Below, one piece after another: positions 10,093 through 20,339 of a stretch of 64,000 nt of DNA. Source of the stretch: Synechococcales cyanobacterium VAR_4_metabat_354 (GTDB lineage: Bacteria; Cyanobacteriota; Cyanobacteriia; Cyanobacteriales; Chamaesiphonaceae). Location: assembly GCA_031414775.1 (NCBI GenBank), contig JANOQI010000016.1:256001-320000 (forward strand), written 5' to 3'. The notes below the pieces were generated by a model. The model was not told the DNA's origin. It worked only from the letters and a program-made list of their open reading frames with translations, and did no database searches. Position 1 is the first letter of the stretch. Each line of letters starts with the position of its first letter. Made by a program: the position numbers and the translations under genes.

Positions 10093-11017
10093 TCAAGTAT
10101 TATTTATTTCATTTTGCTTTTTTCTAATAGCTTCTCGAATGAGACACAATCTATTTTCTTCAGTGTGAGTACTGGCCATAATAAAATCTTCAAGTGATTT
10201 AACTATTTCATCTTTGAGTCGCCAAAGTATTGAAAAGCCAGCAATAGATATAATAGCTTTATCAAGTATTTTTACTGTGCTCCAATTTCATAGCAGTAAT
10301 GCAAAAGATACACACAGCATTAAAACGCATATACGCATTATAGGAGTCATTCTCTGTTTATTGTTTATATTTGCGCTAACAAAATATTCAACTTCTTTCA
10401 GCAGTTCTAATGTATGTATATTTATTTATCAGTATAGAAATGCATTTCTTGTGAATTAAATTATAAGCCTCTTCATATCTAAGCCTTTCAGCTCTGAGCG
10501 TATCTCGTTCAAGTATGTTGCGTTTTAGGGAAATATAAGCCTCTGATAATGCACCCAAAAAACGTTTTGCAAATGGCATTTCTTGACGTTTTATAGTAAC
10601 TATTTCTTTGATATCATTGAGTATATTTTTATGGGAGAGAACTGCAATTGCAATTTCTGAATTTTCTTCATCTATAAATCTAACTGGATATTGTGAATAC
10701 GGGTACATATAATCTATTTCGTACAAATATATTTCTATTCTTGCCTTGTCTATAGTTTTATCGATACCTTTGAGAACAATTTGAAAACCACTTATTTCTC
10801 CTTCGCCATTTTTATTCTTGAATTTTGTGATGATTGAATCTTTAGGATTGATACCTAAATTTTTCAAGCATTGCTCTAGAATTTCATATGCTTTTCGTTC
10901 CTTCTTGGAATTAGCTTTTCTTTTGAGAGTAGAGAAAATATTTTTGTGGGTTCTTAACATGTTGAGTTTTGTCTTCAGTTCAAAAATACTATTGCATGTC
11001 TTATCAAACATCCTCAA
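10093..11017 (-). pseudogene. AT-rich hypothetical gene, probably disrupted, with C-terminal hydrophobic helices
   Basis: 209-aa ORF 11017-10388 continues in another frame to TGA at 10093, with one in-frame TGA at 10288-10290. Confidence 0.5.
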
Positions 11018-11140
11018 TCACAAAAACCGACCTCAAAAATTGTCGGCTTTACTCTTGACATTAGTGCAAGCGTATTATTAGTTCTTGAATCACATTGTGC
11101 GATATGGTTGGTAAATAGAAAATCCAGTAGCCAAACAGCT

Positions 11141-12790
11141 ATGACCATCAATTCGCCCCTGCTCGCCGTCCAAAATCTCAGCGTCGCCTATCCCAATGCC
11201 GCTCGCAATGGTATCAAATACGCTGTCCAAGATATTTCCTTTCAACTAGCAGCGGGCGAAAAACTCGGCTTCGTCGGCGAATCGGGCAGCGGTAAATCCA
11301 CGATCGGACGCGCCATCATTCGTCTCCTACCCCCCACCGCTCAAGTCAGTGGCACCGCCACCTTCCAAGGCCAACCAATCTTTGACCTCGATCCCCCTGC
11401 TCTGCGCCGATTTCGAGGTGAAGCTGTTTCGATCGTCTTCCAAGACCCCATGACCCGGCTCAATCCACTGATGACGATTGGCCAACACTGCCTCGAAACC
11501 ATATTGGCTCACGAACCCCAAATTGGTAGAGCCGCTGCCAAGCAGCGCACCCTAGAGGCTCTCGATACTGTCAAAATTGCCGCATCTCGCTGGCAACAAT
11601 ATCCCCACGAATTTAGTGGTGGGATGCGTCAACGGGTGGCGATCGCCCTCGCTCTTGTCCTTAATCCCAAAATGATTATTGCGGATGAACCAACTACTAG
11701 CTTAGATGTGCGCGTATCTGCTGAAATCTTGCGGGCGCTCACCGAACTCTGTCAAGAACGAAACCTGGGCTTAATGCTGATTTCCCATGACTTAGCCATG
11801 ATGGCGGAGTATTGCGATCGATTGATGGTGATGAACGATGGTCAGCAGATTGAAACCGGCACTGTTAAACAAATCTTTGCAGCGCCCCAAGAAAAATACA
11901 CCCAAACTTTGCTTAATTCAGCACTCCACATTCAGAGTGATGATCACAGCACCAAAATTCCTGTTGATCAAAAACCGATCCTGAAACTCACCAACCTGCA
12001 AAAACATTACACCCTAGAATCTAACTTCTTACAGAAATTAATTGGCGGTGAGAATAGTAAAACCATTAAAGCCGTCGATAATGTTGAGTTGGAACTGTAT
12101 GAAGGAGAAATATTTGGCTTGGTCGGCGAATCTGGCTGTGGTAAAAGCACACTCTCGCGCACCATTTTGCAGCTTATTCCGGCCACTGGTGGCCAAGTCG
12201 AGTTTATGGGCAAAGAACTTACCCAGCTTTCGCCGCGAGCGATGCAAGCCCAGCGGCGCGAAATGCAAATGATTTTTCAAGACCCTAGTGCTTCCCTCAA
12301 TCCCAAAATGACGATCGGTGACAGTATTGCTGATGCACTCCTGATCCACAATATGGCCACCCCAGCGGCAGCCCGGACGCAAGTATTAGAAATCCTCGAA
12401 AAAGTGGGGCTAACACCAGCCACTGAATTTATCGACAGGTATCCTACGGCTCTTTCCGGTGGCCAACAACAGCGCGTTGGTATTGCCCGGGCACTCATTA
12501 CTCATCCAAAATTAATAATTTGTGATGAGCCAGTCAGTATGCTCGATGCCACCATCCAAACCGAAGTTTTGGATCTAATGCTGGCGCTCAAGGACGAATT
12601 TAAGCTCACCTATCTATTTATTACCCATGATCTGTGGCTGGCTAAATTCTTGTGCGATCGAATCGCCGTGATGAACCAAGGTCAGATTGTCGAAATGGGT
12701 GATACCGCCAGTATCTTCAACAATCCCCAAGCTGAATACACCAAGGAATTGCTCGCTGCTGCGCCGCTACTCACCAGAAAAGCTGCGTAA
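11141..12790 (+). CDS. Peptide/nickel-type ABC transporter ATP-binding protein (two fused NBDs)
   Basis: Two Walker A (GESGSGKS, GESGCGKS), two signatures (FSGGMRQR, LSGGQQQR) and Walker B motifs. Confidence 0.92.
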   Translation: MTINSPLLAVQNLSVAYPNAARNGIKYAVQDISFQLAAGEKLGFVGESGSGKSTIGRAIIRLLPPTAQVSGTATFQGQPIFDLDPPALRRFRGEAVSIVFQDPMTRLNPLMTIGQHCLETILAHEPQIGRAAAKQRTLEALDTVKIAASRWQQYPHEFSGGMRQRVAIALALVLNPKMIIADEPTTSLDVRVSAEILRALTELCQERNLGLMLISHDLAMMAEYCDRLMVMNDGQQIETGTVKQIFAAPQEKYTQTLLNSALHIQSDDHSTKIPVDQKPILKLTNLQKHYTLESNFLQKLIGGENSKTIKAVDNVELELYEGEIFGLVGESGCGKSTLSRTILQLIPATGGQVEFMGKELTQLSPRAMQAQRREMQMIFQDPSASLNPKMTIGDSIADALLIHNMATPAAARTQVLEILEKVGLTPATEFIDRYPTALSGGQQQRVGIARALITHPKLIICDEPVSMLDATIQTEVLDLMLALKDEFKLTYLFITHDLWLAKFLCDRIAVMNQGQIVEMGDTASIFNNPQAEYTKELLAAAPLLTRKAA

Positions 12791-12828
12791 TATTCCCTGA
12801 TCAGCTTATTTCTCAGTAACTTAAGCTA

Positions 12829-13554
12829 CTATTCATTGACCTTCACTTCACTAACTGGGGGACGATAGCCATGTTCAAAAGCAAACCGGACTAACTGCGA
12901 TCGATTCTCCAAATTTAGCTTGGTCAAAATATTACTAAGGTGAGTTTGCACCGTCCGAGGGCTAATAAATAAGCGCTGGCTGATCTGCTTATTAGTCAAA
13001 CCCTGAATTACTTCCCAAAATACCCGTGCCTCAGCCGGAGTCAGTGGTAAATCTTCTTGAGGTTCTGTATAGAGAGTTTCCGTTACCTGATTCCTGTTAA
13101 CGGCAGATGATGCAGTTGTGCTGGGCAGTGTCGCTTCTTCATCGGAACCCTGCTGAATTAAGCGGATCATCTCCGAATGAATCCGGCGAGAGCGCTCTAG
13201 CTGCGATTCAATTTTAGCTAACAATTCCAAGGGTTCAAAAGGCTTGGTGATATAGTCATCGGCACCCATATGGTGGCCCTTAACGCGGTCTTCTAGATCT
13301 TTTTTGGCAGTGAGGAAAATAAAAGGAACTAATTGCCCGGGTCGGGTCGCCCGCAGGCGACGACAAAATTCTAAACCATCCATACCCGGCATCATAATGT
13401 CTGAAACTACCAAATCTGGTGGGTCTTGGGCAAATAGCTTCAATCCTTGAATCCCGGAGTTAACAACTTGCACTGAATAACCGCGTTTTTCTAAGTAACG
13501 AGTGAGAACAGTTTGGAGCGTTTTATCATCATCCAACAGTAGAATTTTTTTCAT
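12829..13554 (-). CDS. NarL/LuxR-family response regulator
   Basis: Receiver domain (LLDDD, SDIMMPGMDG, DYITKPF) plus LuxR HTH (GLTNKQIS..LFISPRTVQTH). Confidence 0.92.
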   Translation of the reverse strand: MKKILLLDDDKTLQTVLTRYLEKRGYSVQVVNSGIQGLKLFAQDPPDLVVSDIMMPGMDGLEFCRRLRATRPGQLVPFIFLTAKKDLEDRVKGHHMGADDYITKPFEPLELLAKIESQLERSRRIHSEMIRLIQQGSDEEATLPSTTASSAVNRNQVTETLYTEPQEDLPLTPAEARVFWEVIQGLTNKQISQRLFISPRTVQTHLSNILTKLNLENRSQLVRFAFEHGYRPPVSEVKVNE

Positions 13555-14067
13555 TTGACCCCTGATGCCACGCGAGTTAGCTGTTGTAGTGAGTTAGAGA
13601 ACATAATATTGACGATTAATCGCCCTTGATGGTTATAGTTTCTTTAGCGAAGGAGGGAAGTCAGGATAAAAATCTGTCGAGTTAGATATTACTAGCAATT
13701 ATCACTCTTCCCTTTGACTCTCAATCAACATAAAACGTTTCCCCAGTCATTGAATTTCTAAGTATGGATAGTCGTAACCTAATAAATCAACTTAAGATAT
13801 ATTTACAACGATTTTACAATAAGCCTTAGTCGGTATCGCTTAGAATTTTAAGTGAATTTGACCCATTGTATTATGACTGTCTTAGGTACAAGAAGCTATC
13901 CCCCACTTGCTCAATCATCGGCAATGGCGAGCTACAGGTAACAAATTTCACTGCAAATTTTGAATTGTTCAAAGATATTTTAGTGATGGTCGGTATTCCA
14001 AACAGCCATTCGGATACCGACTCGCTACAATGTAGAGTATGTTGATCGCAAACTTAGCGCCCTTCCT

Positions 14068-14754
14068 ATGACATCCTATTCCACTGCCTCGGCACGCGCC
14101 GAAATGAGTGAACTGCGTCGGCTTAAAAGTATTATTCCGCCAGAACTCCAAAGCTGGGTATCAGTCGAAACTACCGTCGAAGTTAATCCTCCCCTGGTTC
14201 GCTGCGAAGAGATTGGCAAAGATCAGGTGGAAATTCAGATTGATTTAGTGAAATGGGAGAAGCTGGCGATCGATCAACGGAATTTATTGTTCTGGCACGA
14301 AGTCGCCCGAGTTCAGCAAGATACCATTCCCCGTGATGGTTGGGAGATGGCCGCCCTGGCAATTGGTCTGGGTGGTGCTGTCGGCGAATTGTGGGTGCAA
14401 GATGGTCTATTGCTGATTTTAGCCCTATCCCTCTGTGGTATTTCTGGCTACCGCCTCTACGCTCGCAACAACACCGAACGATATGTGAAAGAAGCGATCG
14501 ATGCCGATGAAAAAGCTATTTCCTTGGCGATGCGCTTTGGTTATACTCTCCCCAATGCTTACAAAAGTTTAGGGAGCGCTCTCAAGACCCTCATTGATGA
14601 TACCTCTAAGAAAAGCCTACGCCGCCGCTATGAATCGCGCTTAGATGCCCTCAAACGTAGTGCCAACAAAGCCAAGAACAAAGTTCAGTCCGATCGCGGC
14701 GGTAGCCGTGGTTCTTTGGGTGGCCAAAACGATCGAGAAAGTTGGAGTAATTAA
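14068..14754 (+). CDS. DUF3318 family protein
   Basis: ELRRLK..PPELQSWV, QRNLLFWHEVAR, ALAIGLGGAVGELW. Confidence 0.8.
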   Translation: MTSYSTASARAEMSELRRLKSIIPPELQSWVSVETTVEVNPPLVRCEEIGKDQVEIQIDLVKWEKLAIDQRNLLFWHEVARVQQDTIPRDGWEMAALAIGLGGAVGELWVQDGLLLILALSLCGISGYRLYARNNTERYVKEAIDADEKAISLAMRFGYTLPNAYKSLGSALKTLIDDTSKKSLRRRYESRLDALKRSANKAKNKVQSDRGGSRGSLGGQNDRESWSN

Positions 14755-14766
14755 ACGGATATATTT

Positions 14767-15000
14767 ATGAATCAAGACGACCTAACTCCGACCCCCACCG
14801 ATACTAGTACCGCCGTAATAGACGTTCCGGCTATCGCTATTGAGGTAGATGCTGCTGGTAACGCCAAGCCACCGGGCAGCTACGTCAAGCATGCCATGCG
14901 CAATATGGTGCGCAAACGGAGCAAATCGCTCCAACACTTTTTCCTGAGTGCGGTGGGCTTGCTAGGACTTTTTATTGCTTTAGCCTATCTCACCAAATAA
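14767..15000 (+). CDS. DUF3285 family small membrane protein
   Basis: [17 protein letters not shown] plus C-terminal TM helix. Confidence 0.8.
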   Translation: MNQDDLTPTPTDTSTAVIDVPAIAIEVDAAGNAKPPGSYVKHAMRNMVRKRSKSLQHFFLSAVGLLGLFIALAYLTK

Positions 15001-15001
15001 T

Positions 15002-15490
15002 TTGAACTGCGAAATCACTGTCCAAAATCTTCACCCAGATTGCTCTATTCCCCCAGCAATTTGGGTGTGTTGGTTTGAAACCTGGTTGGCTCAGCCCGAC
15101 TTAGATTTACCCACCGCTAGTAGTTACGAACTAAGCTTACGTCTGACGGACGATGCTGAAATTCAGCTGCTCAACAGCCAATATCGTCAAAAAGATCAGC
15201 CTACTGATGTATTAGCCTTTGCTGCCTTAGAAAATGAAATGCCCTTAGTAAAAGGTTTGCCAGTCTATCTTGGTGACATCATCATTTCGGTGGATACGGC
15301 TAATCGTCAAGCACTGACGTACCAACATTCTCTCGCTCAAGAACTAGCTTGGCTCGCTAGTCATGGATTCTTGCACTTATTGGGCTGGGATCACCCCGAT
15401 GAAGCTAATCTGGAAAAGATGTTGCAACGTCAAGAGCAACTCTTGGGAACAATTAAGGTAGGCTCATCGACAAGCGCTAGTAAGCCATAA
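15002..15490 (+). CDS. ybeY: rRNA maturation RNase YbeY
   Basis: [34 protein letters not shown]. Confidence 0.93.
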   Translation: MNCEITVQNLHPDCSIPPAIWVCWFETWLAQPDLDLPTASSYELSLRLTDDAEIQLLNSQYRQKDQPTDVLAFAALENEMPLVKGLPVYLGDIIISVDTANRQALTYQHSLAQELAWLASHGFLHLLGWDHPDEANLEKMLQRQEQLLGTIKVGSSTSASKP

Positions 15491-15545
15491 GTAGCAGCCA
15501 GACAATCTTATAAATCGTATTTTTTACAGATAGGTAACCTGGAAT

Positions 15546-16034
15546 ATGGAGTCTAAACTGGACGAGTCGGTAGTTCTTCATTCATCCCCTGATTCCATGA
15601 CTAGCAAAGTATCTGGACTAACCACAAAATCAGGACAAAAGCGTGATCTTGCCTGGCAAGTAGCTGGTAATATTTTCTCCAGTTTCCGCTATGCCTGGGC
15701 GGGGGTGAGCTATGCTTTTTTCACTCAAAGAAATTTTCGGATTCACTGCTTAATGGGGACAACCGCTATTTCTCTAGGTGCTTGCTTACGCTTGCCACCA
15801 CTGGAGATGGCGATTATCTCGCTCACGAGCAGCTTAGTTTTGACCCTAGAACTATTGAACACTGCGATCGAATCGGTAGTAGACCTGACTGTTGAACAGA
15901 CCTATCATGAGCTGGCTAAAATTGCTAAGGATTGTGCTGCTGGTGCGGTGTTGATTTCGGCGATGGCTTCGTTGATGGTTGCAGCTTGGTTATTAATGCC
16001 CAAGTGCCTAGCATTATTATTCGTTAGCCGGTAG
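15546..16034 (+). CDS. dgkA: Diacylglycerol kinase family protein
   Basis: SFRYAWAG, QRNFRIH, ELLNTAIESVVDL, AKIAKDCAAGAV. Confidence 0.9.
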   Translation: MESKLDESVVLHSSPDSMTSKVSGLTTKSGQKRDLAWQVAGNIFSSFRYAWAGVSYAFFTQRNFRIHCLMGTTAISLGACLRLPPLEMAIISLTSSLVLTLELLNTAIESVVDLTVEQTYHELAKIAKDCAAGAVLISAMASLMVAAWLLMPKCLALLFVSR

Positions 16035-16083
16035 CACTATTTCGCTGTAAGCTAGAGAAGACGGCGATTTCTCGGGGCTGGCC

Positions 16084-16716
16084 ATGATTATTGTTATTGA
16101 CAATTACGACAGTTTTACCTACAACTTAGTGCAGTATTTGGGTGAACTGGGTAAAGACTGGCCAATGGCTCAGGATCTGCGAGTTTTTCGGAACGATCGC
16201 ATTACCCTGGATGAGATTACAGCCCTACAACCAGATGCTATCCTGATTTCCCCCGGCCCTGGCCGACCAGCCGCAGCGGGGGTTTCGATGCCGATAATTC
16301 GTGATCTGGGTCAACAGTTTCCGATTTTAGGTGTTTGCTTAGGGCATCAAAGCATTGGAGCGGTTTTTGGTGGCCAAGTGGTGCGTGCTGCCGAATTAAT
16401 GCATGGCAAAACCTCGGAGATTTACCATAGCAACCAGGGCGTATTTGCGGGGGTGGAAAATCCTTTGATTGCTACTCGCTACCATAGTTTAATTATTGAT
16501 CGATCGACCTGTCCCCCAGTCTTAGAAATTACGGCTTGGATTGCCGATCAGATGATCATGGGCGTGCGACACCGTGACTATCCCTGGATTGAAGGGGTTC
16601 AGTTTCACCCTGAAAGCATTTTGACCACTGCTGGTAAACGTTTATTGGCGAACTTTTTGCAATCTTTGCCTCAACATCATCAAGCCATTAAGGCTCATGC
16701 CGCCAAAAATAGCTGA
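16084..16716 (+). CDS. trpG: Anthranilate/aminodeoxychorismate synthase component II
   Basis: [30 protein letters not shown]. Confidence 0.9.
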   Translation: MIIVIDNYDSFTYNLVQYLGELGKDWPMAQDLRVFRNDRITLDEITALQPDAILISPGPGRPAAAGVSMPIIRDLGQQFPILGVCLGHQSIGAVFGGQVVRAAELMHGKTSEIYHSNQGVFAGVENPLIATRYHSLIIDRSTCPPVLEITAWIADQMIMGVRHRDYPWIEGVQFHPESILTTAGKRLLANFLQSLPQHHQAIKAHAAKNS

Positions 16717-16778
16717 TTTCAACATCAGTTTTTTGATACAGTGATGGCTGGTCTGCACTTCTTCTGAGCTTTTATTGC

Positions 16779-17006
16779 ATGTCTCATTCGATCGTTACTA
16801 ATATTTGTGAAGGTGTGGCCGACTGCGTCAGCGCCTGCCCAGTAGCTTGCATTCATGAGGGTCCTGGCAAAAACACGATTGGAACTGATTGGTATTGGAT
16901 TGATTTTTCTACCTGTATCGATTGTGGTATTTGCCTGCAAGTCTGCCCAGTAGCCGGAGCAATTTTGCCAGAAGAGCGCCCCGATTTGCAGCTACAAACT
17001 AGCTAA
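16779..17006 (+). CDS. Dicluster (probably 3Fe-4S/4Fe-4S) ferredoxin
   Basis: CEGVADCVSACP and CIDCGICLQVCP motifs. Confidence 0.88.
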   Translation: MSHSIVTNICEGVADCVSACPVACIHEGPGKNTIGTDWYWIDFSTCIDCGICLQVCPVAGAILPEERPDLQLQTS

Positions 17007-17311
17007 TTTGTTTTTAGACTGATCCCATACATCGTAGACAGAATAGAGTACTGATCGCGAGAGAATCTCTTATCCATCAGGAGAAAACTATCTGACTGTC
17101 TCCTAATGGGCAGCGGCTAGCGTAAGCTTTTTCTAAACCCAAAGTCATAACTATTACTATTACGTCGCAATAAGTAATATCATCTTGGTAAGCACAATAG
17201 CTGAAAGATGTAACTATTTGTAGTATCTGAGATACTGTTGATATCAGTTTTTAGTAGGAATATCTACATTTAGGATACTATTGATATTATTTATTAATAG
17301 TAGAACGGTTT

Positions 17312-17686
17312 ATGCCAACACAAGAGCAAGAAATGCTGGTCTCAGAACTATTGGGTCCTTTGAGTATGCACTTCCGACGCGGTGAGGCTGCCTACCAAAA
17401 TCTCTATTCAGATGGTAGGCAGTTTCTGTTTGCTAAAATTCTGCGAGACAATAACCGAGAAATCCGCAACTTAATTCTCTCCAAAGGTTATCTATTACCT
17501 TTAACTCAACAGCAAAATGCGATCGATCTAGTAGCACACTTAGATATTTGGCTGGAGCTATGGCAACAACTGGCCGCCACCAAAACGTATAAACCCGAAG
17601 ACCAATTTAGTTTTGAAAGTTGTAAATATCCGCAAGCAGCTGCTACCGCCCTCAAAGAGTTTTGTTTTGCTCTGGGTCAGCAATAA
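17312..17686 (+). CDS. Hypothetical helical protein
   Basis: 124-aa ATG ORF co-oriented with the downstream formyltransferase. Confidence 0.7.
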   Translation: MPTQEQEMLVSELLGPLSMHFRRGEAAYQNLYSDGRQFLFAKILRDNNREIRNLILSKGYLLPLTQQQNAIDLVAHLDIWLELWQQLAATKTYKPEDQFSFESCKYPQAAATALKEFCFALGQQ

Positions 17687-17727
17687 AATCAAGTAAATCA
17701 ACCAATAAAATTAAGTAAGCTAATCTC

Positions 17728-18510
17728 ATGAAAAGTAAATCTACTAATTCCGTCCTGTTTCTGGGGAAGAAAGATGATGAATATTGCAATAGAGCATTGA
17801 AATTTATTGAAGATAATTTCGATAATGTTACATCCTACTTTTCGGCCTGGGGAGAACCAATGCCGGAAGAAATCAGAAACTGGCAAGGTGATTACATACT
17901 CTCGTACTTGTGTCGATGGGTGGTGCCTTTATCGGTCATTCAAACCGCCCAACTAGGCGCAATCAATTTTCACCCGGCATCACCAGACTATCCAGGAATT
18001 GGTTGTAATAATTATGCTCTCTATGAAAATGCATCGGAGTATGGGGCGACCTGCCATCACATGGCTAGCAAAGTAGATACCGGCAAAATCATTGCCGTTA
18101 AAAGGTTTGCCGTTTTTTCTACCGATGATGTTAGCTCGTTACTGCAAAGAACCTATGAATTTCAATTGGTGCTGTTTTATGAAATAGTCGGAAAAATTCT
18201 TAACGGTGAACAATTACCTGCACCAAATGAGAACTGGACTAGACATCCGCGCAGCCGCAAAGAATTTAACCAACTGGGCATTATCACACCGGACATGACT
18301 GATGAGGAAGTGGCTCGGCGCGTTAGAGCGGTAAGTTATGGTGTCTTTCAGCCTGCCGTTGAAATTGGCGGATATCGCTTTGAGCTAAAGGTTGATACGA
18401 GGATGCCGGAAAAGCTAGCGTTCCTACCAGTGATCAGAAGTTTAGCTCCTATACCTCCAGGTGAAAACAGCAGTGCAGCCTTTGGAGTTGATTTTTCAGA
18501 CATCCTCTAA
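17728..18510 (+). CDS. Formyltransferase family protein (FMT-like)
   Basis: INFHPA.P.YPG, GATCHHM..KVDTG.II motifs. Confidence 0.85.
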   Translation: MKSKSTNSVLFLGKKDDEYCNRALKFIEDNFDNVTSYFSAWGEPMPEEIRNWQGDYILSYLCRWVVPLSVIQTAQLGAINFHPASPDYPGIGCNNYALYENASEYGATCHHMASKVDTGKIIAVKRFAVFSTDDVSSLLQRTYEFQLVLFYEIVGKILNGEQLPAPNENWTRHPRSRKEFNQLGIITPDMTDEEVARRVRAVSYGVFQPAVEIGGYRFELKVDTRMPEKLAFLPVIRSLAPIPPGENSSAAFGVDFSDIL

Positions 18511-18592
18511 ATAATTGATTTTTTAGATCTGTACAGAGCGAAAAACAGGCAAAATCAGATGATTTGGAATAACAAACTCATCACCTGCTTTT

Positions 18593-20311
18593 TTATTTTA
18601 GTAGTGACTTTTGCAGAACCTGGCCAAAGACAGCAATATGTACTTGCCAGTCGGCAGTAGTTTGGGGGAAGTCTGTCCGAAAATGTCCACCCCTACTTTC
18701 TGTCCGTAACAGAGCACTAGTGAGAATTAAGCGGCCAATGTCCAGCAAATTGCCAGTTTCTGCCCAAGTCCGTAAATCATTCTGGGTGACTGAGTTAGGC
18801 CATGCCATTACTTGATGGGGTTGAAAATTCTTAATTGCTTGTGAAATCGGTAGTTGAGCAAATTCTTGATGCCACTTTTCTACTTGGGTAATGCCAGACT
18901 GTAGCTCACCAGCCTGTCTGGTAATCCCCGCTACCTGCCACATCACCTTTGGTAATTCTTGTCTAATATGTTGGCATACCCGCTGTTGTTGTGACCAATC
19001 TTGCCAAATTTGCTTATCAGAAATTGTTTTTTTGAGGTCTGGCCGATCTACAAGTACCAATGGCTGAATCTGAATATGAGCGAACTCCGCCCCAAACACT
19101 AAACATTCCAATAGTGAATTACTTGCTAGCCGGTTGGCACCATGCACACCAGTGCAACTAACTTCACCGACTGCATAAACACCGGGGATGGAAGTTTGAT
19201 TATGGAGGTTGGTGGTGATACCACCCATCCAATAGTGTGCCGCTGGTGATACCGGGATGGGGGTGGTAAAAACATCAATGCCCCAGCTCTGACAAACTTT
19301 GATGATATTGGGGAAACGATGTTGGATTTGAGTAGCAGGGATGGGTCTTAGATCTAACCAGACGTTGGCAGTAGCTGGATCGGTAGCCGTTTTTTGTAGG
19401 TGAGAGAAAATAGCGCGACTGACGACATCGCGGGGCGCTAACTCGCCATCAGGATGGTAATTAAAGCAAAAGCGATCACCAGCGGCATCAATTAAATGAG
19501 CGCCTTCTCCCCGCACGGCCTCACTGATCAAAAATCGGGGCGCTCCGGTAACTTTCAAGGCGGTAGGATGAAACTGAAAGAATTCTACGTCGGTCAATTG
19601 GCCACCGACTCGATCGATCATTGCCACCCCATCACCGGTACTCACTGCCGGGTTAGTAGTTTGAGCATAGACTTGACCGCCGCCGCCAGTGGCTAGAATT
19701 ACCGCCGCTGCTCGTAACCAACTAATTTGCTGTTGGTAAACCAAGCTAATTCCTTGGCAATGACCATCTTCGATCCACAAATCCAGAGCAAAGGCCGGAC
19801 CTAGCAACACAATATTGGAGCGCAATTGCACTTGAGCCAGCAGTGTCTTCATCACTGTCCGGCCAGTTGTATCGGCGGCATGTAGCACCCGTGGCCGGGA
19901 ATGAGCGGCCTCCAAGGTCAATGCTAGTCTCTCGGGGTTCTGATCGCTGCCCGTGCCCGCCACGCTATCAAAATCTACTCCCATCTGGACTAGCGACGCG
20001 ACGCAGTGTGCCGCATTCTCTACTAGGAAACGCACCGCCGATCGATCACATAGCCCATCACCAGCTTTCATCGTGTCTTGAATATGTAGCTCTACCGAAT
20101 CTTCGGGGCTAACTACCGCTGCAATACCGCCTTGTGCCCAGTTACTGGCCGATGGCGGTGATTCAGTGAGTTCGATTTGATCTTTGCTAATGATCGCGAC
20201 GCGCAGGTGCGCTGGTAAACACAAAGCTGCATATAAACCAGCAGCACCCGCCCCTACTACGATCGCATCGTAGCCAGTGGACAAGTCATCAGACAAGGCA
20301 GAGTCAGTCAA
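18593..20311 (-). CDS. nadB: L-aspartate oxidase
   Basis: VVGAGAAG, SNWAQGGIAA, EAAHSRPRVLH, QFHPT, LISEAVRGEG, GANRLASNSLLE. Confidence 0.95.
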   Translation of the reverse strand: MTDSALSDDLSTGYDAIVVGAGAAGLYAALCLPAHLRVAIISKDQIELTESPPSASNWAQGGIAAVVSPEDSVELHIQDTMKAGDGLCDRSAVRFLVENAAHCVASLVQMGVDFDSVAGTGSDQNPERLALTLEAAHSRPRVLHAADTTGRTVMKTLLAQVQLRSNIVLLGPAFALDLWIEDGHCQGISLVYQQQISWLRAAAVILATGGGGQVYAQTTNPAVSTGDGVAMIDRVGGQLTDVEFFQFHPTALKVTGAPRFLISEAVRGEGAHLIDAAGDRFCFNYHPDGELAPRDVVSRAIFSHLQKTATDPATANVWLDLRPIPATQIQHRFPNIIKVCQSWGIDVFTTPIPVSPAAHYWMGGITTNLHNQTSIPGVYAVGEVSCTGVHGANRLASNSLLECLVFGAEFAHIQIQPLVLVDRPDLKKTISDKQIWQDWSQQQRVCQHIRQELPKVMWQVAGITRQAGELQSGITQVEKWHQEFAQLPISQAIKNFQPHQVMAWPNSVTQNDLRTWAETGNLLDIGRLILTSALLRTESRGGHFRTDFPQTTADWQVHIAVFGQVLQKSLLK

Positions 20312-20339
20312 TTTGTAGCTAAAAAATATTAGTACCTCA

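Noticed and set aside
9150..11100. Integrative element at tRNA-Leu
   Set aside because: No integrase, transposase or duplicated tRNA 3' end found; only decayed accessory genes.
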